From the NCBI RefSeq assembly GCF_003704095.1, contig NW_020847331.1:62001-126000 (forward strand): DNA of 64,000 nt, read 5' to 3'. The stretch's first letter is position 1. Each line of letters starts with the position of its first letter. The translations under genes were made by a program, and so were the position numbers. The DNA comes from Pocillopora damicornis. Its lineage: Eukaryota. The notes under the pieces were generated by a model that did not search any database, had not been told where the DNA came from, and saw nothing but the letters and a program-made list of their open reading frames with translations. Shown one piece after another: positions 38,266 to 49,800 of the stretch.

Positions 38266-40536
38266 GAAGAGGAGCGTCCTTCAGTTGCAACTTATCGATA
38301 TGACAAAGGAAGACGGCTTAGCACACTCTGAAGTCTTCGTAATTTTGTTTACAATCAATTGTACACAATGGAAATGAATTACACAAGGCATTGCCAGTTT
38401 GCTCTTACATTAAGCCGCGATAACAATAACATGTAATGCAAAACTATGAACGAAAGCTTCCTCCGCTGGGAAACGAAAAGTATGGAGATTATAATGGGAA
38501 CATTTAACGAATGTTCATGTGTATATTTAATTCCGAAGAAACACCAGACTAGGATAAAATAATCTAGAACTAATTATCTAACGAATCAATAGCTGATGAA
38601 GCGTGGCTACTAAAGGAACGTTAAATGAATGGTGCTTTCTGCAAAGTAGTCTTGTTTTGACTTCGACGACTGTAATACCTACAGGTCAGCCTGCGGCAAA
38701 AACCCAGATTGTCTCGGTCACTGAGTAACACTTGGCAAGGGAAAAAAGACCATGCCGAAGCTCTGAAGTGTTCGTCAGTGAATGTAAGGTGTATAAACCA
38801 TGTCCATTTTTTTTTTGTCAAGGATATGTAAATTCTTTGATACCGGAAGGTAGTCATTAACATAACTCTACCTTAACGAAAGACTTGAATATAGACAAGT
38901 TGCGACTAAGTTAATTTTCTCATTCGTCAAATAGGCTAATTGGTCTAATTTCAAACGAATTTAAATTCTCGAATTGAATGAAACAAAGGAGGCAATCTGA
39001 TGAATTCCATAAAATTATAGCTATATTAAGTGTACCCTCATTATGGTGGTAGGTAGTGAAATAAGATTTGCCCTGAAGAGATCAGTATCTTGTTAAAAAT
39101 GTAAAAATTATTAACTTTCTAGCTAGCAGACTCAACCGAAGAGCAAATCAAGAATTCACATCAAGCTGTATTAGATGGTCTCCACGGTGTGATGACCTCT
39201 ATGGTTAATTCTTAAAACTTTGGCTATTTTACGGCCAACGGGTTCGTTGCGGTTACCAGAAACATTTTTACGGTTAACCTTTTTTACGACGAACGGTTAT
39301 AATTTGTCAATGTTTACGCTTAACGGCTAAATTGTCTGGCCGTCTTACGGCTAACGGTTAATCCCATGGAGATCCTTGTAATAGTTGTTTGAAATGTCCT
39401 GTTTGTTAAAATGATTTTTCAATCCATCCACTTTGTCACTAAATTCAATAAATGAGTGTTACTATAGAGAATACCGATATACTTGATATTTTTTAACCTG
39501 TAATGAGGGTTTCAGTGCCATTGGGAACATTAGGAGATGGGAGACGCCCACACGCGGTCCATGAATGTCTTCCCGGATATCATATTAATTTCTCCGAAAA
39601 AAGAAGTGCAAAAATTAAGAGGCAACCAAAACTCGACACCATAACTTGTTTTTTGCGAATCAGTGATTCTACAACTACACCCATCGTCACATGTCAGTGA
39701 TGTTGATGAGAAAAGAGGATCGTCGAGAAACAAACTCTGATGAGACAATGAGAAGGTTGTTTCAACAAAATTTGACAAGGGTTTTACTACCTCGAATATT
39801 TCTTTCGTTGGCGTCATCAGCGTCAACTGCAAAAATCATACTTTGACTTCGATTGCTTCAGGTTTATTAATCGGAGGAGCTTACCCAGAAAATTTGAAGA
39901 AAGGCCTTTATTAACTAAAAATATTTCAACATCATTGAAATCTTTCTTCATACTTTGGCATGCGGGGTTGATTAAAGTGTTAACGTCTATAGGTAACTTA
40001 TGGTAAACGAAACTACAAGAGAAATTTCAAGATTCGAAATACCCCTCGTCATGAAAAATAATCTTTGAGATCGGTATTCATGTAAATAAATGAAAATCTA
40101 CTTTAACCCAAAGGCGTAAATATTCAGTATTATCATCAGTGTATGTAACTTAGAGGAAATATTCACAAATTAGAATTTTTAAGGCTCGGAAGAGTTCTCG
40201 TGAGGGAAACATAAGTTGTCGTGTTCTGTGTGTTAATACAGAAGAAAAATGGAAAGCTTAAACATTTAGTTGATACAAAGAGTCACGTGTCAGACCGGGA
40301 CAAATCCTTTTAGCAGTGATAAAAAATTCGATGAAGGCATTTTCCATGAAATAGGAGAGAAATTGTGCAACTCAAAGATTCTGCGGGCTTGAGCAGCCAA
40401 GCTAATTGAAGCTGATTCAATAAGTCATAACGAGAGATTATAATTTCTTGGTTATGAGTCGCGTCCGGAGGGCACCAGTTAATTCTATATCTAACTAATA
40501 CGTCAGGTCAACAATTTCGTGAAGTTTGATTTAACT

Positions 40537-40807
40537 ATGAGCAAAGCTGACACTGGCGGCAGCTCAAAATACCAAAGGAAAATTGAGAGATCGTTTACGA
40601 TCATCTACCTCAAACGAAAGCGGCTTCAAGGCCCTAATCCTACCAAGACAGGACTGAAATACAGCCAACCCGAAACTTTTTGTTCGACTTGAAGAAATCG
40701 ACAGAAGCATAGAAAAGAAAGGTCCTGGTGGTAACAATGCGGATTTTACAACGGCACAAGGTTGTGAGTCTGAAAGCAGAAGAGTGAGCTTTTCGATCGG
40801 ATTCTAA
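40537..40807 (+). pseudogene. Divergent HNIKRLQD/RVxF family paralog F (1-nt frameshift; absent from ORF track)
   Basis: ATG at 40537 gives MSKADTGGSSKYQRKIERSFTIIYLKRKRLQG...SQPETF. Removing one T from the run at 40677-40681 continues VRLEEIDRSIEKKGPGGNNADFTTAQGCESESRRVSFSIGF* to 40807. Confidence 0.75.
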
Positions 40808-41905
40808 GAAATCACTGAACTCGCTGTGGAAAAAACTAATGCCCCTTGTGAACCAAAACAACGCCACGTAACCGGTTAGGCGTGTTCGAAATATGTCTCT
40901 ATGGTCCATTTGTCCCATCTTTTTGCTCCTAGCTAGAACCCGTATGGACTTTTAGCTTAAAAGTCACACAACGCTACACAATGAAGAAGAGCTTGGAATC
41001 TTGGAAGCCATACTTTTTCAGCTCTGGATTTGGTCAACTCCACCGTTTCACAGACAACTCTCATCTGCTATACACCTTCAGAAGAATCTCATTTACTGTG
41101 CATACGACAAAGAACAGGAACAGTCCTACGTTCAGCACGTCCAATAATAAGCATCCATAATTTCATCATCTATTTGATTAGGTTACTCTCTTTTTATCAC
41201 CTTACTAAGCCCTACGGACATTCCACCGGATAGCCTTAGAAAATAACGTTAAAACTGATCTTTAGAATCTCGGGCAATACCGTTTTCATCGACACGCCTT
41301 TTAACTTTTGACACAAAACAATGAGTAAGGGGTACATATGAACACGAACTTTTTTACGTAATAGCCTTATCTTGCCCAAGACAAGCCTATGAAGTTGATT
41401 TATACATCGCATTTATGTCAACTTCACCATTTAAACCCATAAAATACACAATTTTGACTTTAAACCTTTGTTACCTTACGTGTTGGGGCATATGCGATAC
41501 TAAGGAAACGTTTCCTTAGGAGGACATTTGAAAACGGCTTGGGTCTGCTAAAAATGCAGAATTTTATCTTATCATTTTATTTATCGTAACCTTGACATTT
41601 TCCCTAAATGTGATTGGTGCATAAGCAGCTTTATTTTTCTCTAATCAATTTGTACAGTTGTACTTGGACAGTGAAATTGGACACCTGTAATCGGATAGTT
41701 AAAGCAACCAATCATTCTCAGTCCTTCCAGCCAAATCCACTAATCATAGAATTGCTTCCAATAGCCATAGCGACAACCACTTATTCTGGAAAAAAACTGT
41801 GGAATTTCCAGAATTGAGGAATTTTTTACTCAGACAATGTCTCTACCGGATATATTAATCCTCATTGTATTTGTTGTTTTTCGGAAATTATATCGGTTAT
41901 GATTA

Positions 41906-42043
41906 ATTGGTAACAAGACCTCGTGTCGTCCGTTTCTGTCTGTAATCATACTCGTGATTGACAAATCGAACTTCAGCCTTGCGATCGTCCGATTTTGTCA
42001 ATCGCTCGTATGATTACAGACTACACTCGGTCCTATTACCATT
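41906..42043. repeat. Short palindromic repeat element
   Basis: tggtaacaagacc..tctgtaatcatactcgtgattgacaaatcg / cgattttgtcaatcgctcgtatgattacaga..ggtcctattacca. Confidence 0.7.
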
Positions 42044-44555
42044 ACTAATAAAGTGAATTATCCTATTTCAGCAAAGAAAAAAATCACTATCGCCAACAGT
42101 GTGACGCTGAGCTCCAACGACATCAAATAAAGGGGAAATTAATTCTTAAAAAAAATGTTCCACCACAACAAGCCATAACCAGCAACTGCCACTGTATTAG
42201 AAGCTGAGAAGATGAAGACAGTTTTCTTCATCGCTTTCCTAACGAAAATCGAGCTTGCCTTTTACTATACAAGATTTACTTTGTTTTCGCTTCCATTCGC
42301 TGTGTTTGACCCAGAAAAGTGGTGCCACCCTCTCAACCAATACAAGCAAAGGTTAAACCAAATGCGACTTGGACAATCGCTTTTTCCGTGTTTTCCTTAT
42401 TTCCGGGAAGTTTAATTTTTTTCTCATTTCTAAGTTTTCACTAGCGTCTTGTGATATTTTCAGTTGCCTCGATATGCTGTTGCGATTACTTTTGCTTTGG
42501 TTTCACAACACTCCATCGAAAAGCACTTTATTGCGAGGTAACGGTAATCCTTAAAAAAAAAAGCCTCATTTTGTTTATTACGACCGATGGAGTAAAGTTA
42601 TATTGGGTTTCTTCTCTAAAATGGCGAATGAGATTGAAAGTCTTTAACAAGGAAAGAAAAAACGAATCCTCACAGTAAGAAAATAATGGCACAAATAGAG
42701 CCTACTGTCTGCATAAATAATTTGAGGTTGAATTTATTATGGAATTGTTTAAACCTGGCATTAAGTTTAGCCGGGGCAAAGGATAATAAGGAAAAACCAA
42801 TAAGTACAAAGATATCAAGGCCGATAAAAAATACTTACGCATGCAAAAAAAAAACTTGAAAAAAAAGGATATGAACACTTTCTGACGAAAATTAATGACG
42901 TCAAAGCACAATATTGCTTGAATAGTTGTAATTGTGAACGCCAGCGTAAAATGTTAATTATGTTAAAGACCATGATGAAGCTCAAAGCGTAATTGTTTCA
43001 TATCTAAACGTCATTTTTTAAGTATGTCATGGCTAAATATCATAAAAACGCTCTCTGTAGCAATACTCTTCTCGAGAGTCAGCGAGGAGATCCGATTGGT
43101 CGAGCCTCTTCTTTCTCAGTACACCAGATTTATTCCCGATTTATTCCTTTGTCAAACCTCAGTAATGAAAACGTCGATCAGCAGTTATTCAAGGTGAAAT
43201 TTAAAAATTGCTTAAAACTCATCGTTAAATATGTTTGCATTTGATCTAGTGTCAATTCGAACACTAAGGAAGGTCAAAAGACAACGTCAGATGACTTTGT
43301 CGCCGTATTAACTGTGATGTTTCCAAAAAAGGAATAGGCATCTTCAACACTCACCATGGCATTGAAACGAGATTTCTTCCCAAGATGACGTCGTTTTAAA
43401 TAAAAAGTTAAAAGCGAGCCTGACTGTTGATCTCAAAGCTAAGAGCTTGGATTGCCAGAGCACCATTATGGGAGCAACATTTCGAGATAATGTAGAAATT
43501 ATAAAATGAACGTTTCACGTCATTAAACAATGCTTGTGTATTAATGATGGTTTGATATAAGACAGCGGGAGAATGACAGATAGAACATTACATCGCAATT
43601 AAAAAAGTGTTTTTTTTAAGGGGTGGGGAGTCGGTGGTTAAATTAGGCGATATGACAGCGGAAAACTATCATCATTATCATTGTCATTATATAATTTTCA
43701 TTATCATTGTTATCATCACCTAACTTGTTTAAGAGTTACTAGGGTTTTTGCGATACTACAGAGAAAAGTTAGAAAACCAATATAATGTAGGTAATTTTTC
43801 GTTGAAGTTGTTTTCTTTTTTCTTCATTAATTTAAAGGTTAACTACAAACTCTTGCCCCCTGTAGTTTGGTAGGCAAGAGAACAAGAAGGGTAACACTAC
43901 TCTTAGTCACTAACGATAACAAAAAGCTGCAAACGAGAAATACAACGTAATAAATTTACCTGCTATTTACACAATAAGATTGTGGTTTCTTTCGATTAAA
44001 TGAGAACGGTACATCAATATTTCTTGCCTACAGCATTTTCTTTGGCTGTTTTTTTTTTTACACTGGGCTCAGCCAGGTGCGAAATACACAAACAATAGTT
44101 CATTATGCCCCTTTGCCTCCGGCTAACTTCCTTTCCTAGTCTCCTTAATAAGCATTTGGATTCCAGTCAATAATATTCAACAAAAGTCTCTTTTGTCAAC
44201 CTCTCGAAGGATGTTTCGCGGTGGATTGTGGCCAAACTCTACAATTAATTTGTGAAACAAAAGTGTTCCTCCGCATGCTGAGGAAGCAGAAAAATAACTT
44301 CATTAATTTTCGTGTGATCGACTTAAAAGCTAGCATATTCAGATCAATCTCGTTAACATGACGTTTGTTTTTATCACGAAAGTAATTAATTTTTACAATA
44401 AACGTCTTGATGATACATTTCGCCTTTGTCACTGTACTGCAATCGTGGTAGTTTTACTGAGGTTCACTTCAATGATTGGCTCCTGACTTTTAGAATGATG
44501 TACAGGTCTATAGCGTTACCTTACCCACGCGCTGATGCCATTTCCACCTCTGTCC

Positions 44556-44930
44556 TCAAAGATCACGTCGAGAGCAGTTTTTGCACTCACACGAGCGAAT
44601 CTGGGAAACCACTATGGATTTCTCACATCCTTCGCCAAGTTTCACAGTTTTCTCTTTAATATCTTTCGGTGTACAGCACTGGCATGAAGTTTTAAATCTC
44701 GGCTGGCTATCTTCTCGCTCGATGGGAAGTGGGATTGCGTACGACTCACACGTTCCAACACACATACCCAGTTTTACCCTCGTTTTCCTGCAGTTGTAAC
44801 CATCTTTCACCGAAATTACCTCTTTGTATCTTTTATAGCGGCACATGTGCGTGGACGTAATTGGCTTCTGGAAAAGTTGGAAGGCAAGGATGAACAACCA
44901 AATCGCAACCAGATGGATATACTTCGGCAT
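44556..44930 (-). CDS. Secreted cystine-knot protein, bursicon / glycoprotein-hormone / norrin-like (124 aa)
   Basis: Hydrophobic signal peptide and 11 Cys in the pattern C..C..CxGxCxS..SCxCC..C..CxCxxC. A splice acceptor (ttaacag|ataATG) 3 nt upstream of the ATG implies a 5'UTR intron. Confidence 0.88.
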   Translation of the reverse strand: MPKYIHLVAIWLFILAFQLFQKPITSTHMCRYKRYKEVISVKDGYNCRKTRVKLGMCVGTCESYAIPLPIEREDSQPRFKTSCQCCTPKDIKEKTVKLGEGCEKSIVVSQIRSCECKNCSRRDL

Positions 44931-46753
44931 TATCTGTTAACAAAACAATAAACATTTCATGCTTTATCTCTTAATTATGGATCATTTTATGTCGCAATAC
45001 TTCTGGTATGTTAGATGCTTACAGATGGATTAAACATAACGACATTTAGAAGCTTGCATTGCCGTGACAATTGGGTCACTAAACAAGAAAAGCACTTGAT
45101 TCCAAATAGACACGTCAGCCCGTCGACAGAAGGGCGCCGATTTATGCGAACCTAACCAAAAAACTTCACAACGAGTGCAAAAATCTTGACCCAATATCTA
45201 CGTGATGCTTTAGCGCTACTACATTCTGGGTTCAAAATATCTGAGTGAGTGGTAAGATAAGCCCTCAGGACAAATAGCCCATCCAATATCTCACAGGTGT
45301 CAAACCTTTGAAGTACCTTGTAAAATGTGGGTGAGCACAAGCGGACATAAAGCGTGAGCGAAGAAAAGACGAATTGTCTGAATAGGACTTTGTAATAACG
45401 CATATGTTAGTCCACTGTTGGGTGGCGGACGAAACTAATGGGCCAATAATAACCTTTTGTTCATCTTTCACCCTTGTACTGGCTCTCTTTCACGCCTTCA
45501 GATTCGCACAACAAACTAGCGGTATTATAACAAATGCAAACAACACAATTTGATACGAACAATGGAAATTTCACACGTATATTAGCACAAGTCAGTCTCT
45601 CACAGGATAACCGACAGCAGAGGCACTGCAGTGCCACGACCCGGAACACGGTGATTGTTACCTACTTCATGTGGTGGCAATTTTGCTGGTTTGATGTACA
45701 GAGAGACAATACATGCAAATATAAGGTGCCTTATTCTCGTTACCCTCTACCACGATACCTAATCTACACTGAAACGAGAACATAGATCTTGATCACTAAC
45801 TGCAATAATAATGGAAGCACAGTGTCAAATAAGGATTGATCACAGATCACCAAGTTTTCAAAACATCAGTATATTTAATGATCCCTGGAGGTAAACAAGA
45901 ACACACTTTTCACTTGCTATTTAAAGAGATGTGTATTGGTTTGTCTGCAGTGTTAAGACCCCTTCGGAACGGCGACCGCGGACAAGAGGGCAGTCCCCCC
46001 TGGGTGGAAGAAACGTTTTTTTCCTCAAATTTTGAAAATTCAAATTATTTAAAGTAAACTGTTCCGTGATTAGTTAAAAGCTCTTCGAGAGCCGAATTGA
46101 GGGCCTAAGGGAAAAGTCTAAGTTGAATGCGTGCTGATAAAATGTAAGTTATGCGGATAACAAATCTCTATAAATTATTTTGCAATTTTATTTAGAAGGA
46201 CAAAGAGGAGAAATGTTCATCTGAAATTGAATTGACTACAAAGGTATACTTCTTATCCTACCACATAAAAGTAATTATTGATTTTCATTATCATTACCAT
46301 TTTTTTTCTCCCGAACTGTGATCCAATGGTTTGGAGTTCCTATACAGTTTCTTTTTCTTGTAATCAATTCAAAACCAGCTCATTGTTTTACCAAAAATTT
46401 GTCGCCATATACATGATGACGAACACAATGACAAACATTGTTGATGAGGTTTTAAACGTTGTAATTACATATCAACCAGTTGAAAAGTAAACAACACAAA
46501 CCAAAGAAATCCTAACAATTAACAACAAATAAACAAACAAATAATACGCGGGTAACGAAAAACTTCAAAACAAGTAGTCAGCTAGCTCTTTATAGTCAGT
46601 GCTGAAAATAGCCAACGAAACAAAGAACTCAAGTTGCTCTACCTTTTGGGGAAAGAAAAAAAATCCAAGTGACAGTACTTAGGAGATGTATCCGTCATGC
46701 CAGAAAAAATCAAATTCAACGAAGGAGCCAGTATCCAACGCCTACGATAATCA

Positions 46754-46863
46754 CTTATATTGAGGTCGTAGCTAAGTGTACAACTTAACACGTGCACAAC
46801 TTAACACGTGCACTGCGGACAAACTTACATAAATACGTAAGTAGACACGTGAGAAGACACGTG
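46754..46863 (-). promoter_or_regulatory. Cluster of four E-boxes, D-box-like sites and TATA-like box; putative promoter of the cystine-knot gene
   Basis: CACGTG at 46789, 46805, 46846 and 46858; TTACATAA at 46825-46832 and ATACGTAA at 46833-46840; minus-strand TATAAG at 46754-46759. Confidence 0.45.
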
Positions 46864-49800
46864 AGTGAAATACGATAATTGACATCACGTTTGCTCCCGC
46901 ACTCCCGATGATTTTTGGCACGTTTGGTAAGATAAAGTTGAAATGCTCAATTTGCGAGCCTTTTCTTAAACTACTTCACGGCAATCGCAAATGGTGCACT
47001 TAAGCTGAGCAGCCTTTACCAATCTTTACAATATAGAGCCACTCAAAACCGTGTAATTACATTGATTTTGCGCTGTTCCGGTGCTTTCAACGAAACGGTT
47101 TGGTAAAATAAGGAAAAATCCTAGTGAGTTTTCATCTCACACTTTAGCATGAATTTCGTTCGTCAAAATATCTTTGCATGTTAGGTATGGTTCTGATACA
47201 AGCACTTGGAGATAATGGAAGGCTTTAAACCATAGACAAAAAAAAAACTGGAATAAGCTGAGCACACAAAAATATAGCCGGTTTACATGCCTTACATGTA
47301 TCTTCAAGTCTAAATGCCAGATCTTAAATGATAAACAATGAACTTAAATTCTTTCCACACTGACCAATGACTATAGAGGAATAACACCGTGTTTTTTTCT
47401 TATTTAGAACATAACGATTTTTTCTGTGGCTGACGACTACCTGCACAAGCTGTGCGACAAGAAGTATCAACTAGAGTGAAGGATTCAAACAAGCCATTCT
47501 GAAAATTTCATAGAAGCGGCCGTAACAGTGAACCATATATCAGTTCTGCTAGGTAAAAACACTGATAACGAAAGTGACAGAAACTGCTAAAAAGATAGAA
47601 TCCCCCCAAGTTCAACAAGAAAAAAAAAGTCCATCCGGCAGAAATCTTGCTCTGATCCACTTCACGTCTTTTCTTTTCCCCGCAATACGCGTCATAGCCT
47701 GAACTAATTAAAAATACTTTTCAGGGCCCATTTATATGGTGTGAGTATCCGAGACAATCTTTCCCAAGCCGAGCTAACTTTTCACGTATTCTTTGAAGAA
47801 TTCAACCAACCGTCCGCATCCTTTAATTTTTGGCTCCCTTGCAATTTCAATCGCACTCTCTCAATTGGATACTTCATGGATACGCGTCAAAGCTTTTATT
47901 ACTTGAAAATAAATTTAGTCTTGATTGTTTAGGTTCATCTCTCAACACTCTTAACTATCCTAAGCTAATTTGGTTTTATCAGCTGAGTTGACAATGTAAA
48001 TTGGCCACAACAAAGAGTTTTCTGAAGCTGACGTTTCGCACGTCAGTCCATCTCGCATCTTCTAATTAGGTACCCCCTCGGAAAGCATTATTTCATGGTT
48101 TTATTCCACTTTACCAGAAATTTAATTACGTTCATTTTAGTTCAGTGAGATGAAGAAAAGAAAAAACGAATTCATTAAATGGCTTTTAGTGACACTGTAA
48201 ACCCTCAGCAGCGCTAAAACATAAATAAAGCACTGAAAACGACACGTCGACCCGAAATTGTTGCGCAGTAACTTACAAGCGTTGGAAGTAGAAGTGATAT
48301 CTAACTTTGGGAGCAAATCAAGCATCACTTTGTAGATCATCACCTTCGTTTTAACCTGATCGATAGAAGTACAAGATAAACGTCCTCCAACACAATTTCC
48401 CTCAAATTTCGCTGTGACTTTTGCCCCCTGGAAAATTAACTTTCAAATTAACAACAAGGTGATGCATATACATTAATGTTACAGGCATGGCAAAAGAACG
48501 TGAGAAACGTTTACTGCTGCATTACCAGACTTTGATGTCATTGACTTGGACGTGTTATAGATTTTGGCAATACGAGAGATACCCATATTAGCCTTATCAA
48601 GTAAAAACAGGAGATATTTACCTTTCTGCGGTGTCTTGTACTACAACTTCTGATCATGCCCGACTAGAGACTTAACTGTTCCGGCGCTATCGAGTGAAAA
48701 ACAACGACAACAACTCCGTCAACAAAGATTCAAAAGTGCAGTACCACTCTGTCAAAACTACTAAAGAAAGATTCTTCATCTAATTTCTTAACTGAAAGAA
48801 CGGAAAAAAGCAAATTCACTTATTTCTCTTCAGCTGAAGAGAACTGCGTGCGAGCCATTGAAGGTCTGTCAGTACGAGGTTCAAGAAATGTGTGAGGTGC
48901 TTTTCTCGAAATAAATGGGCTTGATATTTTTTCTCAGTATGTCATAAACGACCAAAAACGAATGCTTTCAAAATGGAGAACAACAATAAAAACGACAATA
49001 ATAATTTTACGTAAAAATAGTTTTGTACAGTTAGACGTCTACAGTAATCTCGAAGCATAGTTCGTCTTAATTGTAAATGTTTTCACTGCATTGACATATC
49101 CCCTTGAACCTCCTAGACGCGAAACAATTTCGTAAAAGTTCTTCCTACCTTTTCGCTCTTCACTTGCGTGATCTGAATAAACGGTAATTACAAAGGCAAA
49201 CCACAGGCTTACTGTGGGGCTGAGTTCCTTTCAAACTGCGCGATCCAGTTCCGCGTCTCTTGAAGAAGAGCACTGTGCCGGACTCAGGGTTTAAGAAGTC
49301 AGTTTACAACTTACGGTACTGAAATGAAGAATTTTGGTCTCATGCGACGGAAGACTCACTTGCGTGTGGTCGTAAAATTTCGTCGTAAGATTGAAGTCAA
49401 GTATACTTCACTAAAAGAAGGCTAACCTTAAACGGTCGGGCATTACGGTCAACAACACAACAATGGTTATTTTTCTCTTTAACGTCGAGGTTTAAAACGA
49501 TAGCCAATGGGGCTTAAGATAATGAACAATACGTCTCACTGTTGCGTGAAATTAAATAGTGGGTTTATTGATCGTGCTTTCTTCCTCTGGTTTAATTTAT
49601 GTAAAGTAAATGATGTATTCACAGCACGTATCGGTGTGGGAAAATTCTTAAGAGCAAGCCTCAAGAGGCTCAGCCAATTAACTGCCATTGAAAAATGGTG
49701 CGAGCAAGTGCTGACATGACAATGTAAAACTTGCAAGACGTTGAGCATGTTTATCCTGTTCTGGATGCTTTCGATGCATTGTCTACATAATCAGTTAAGG

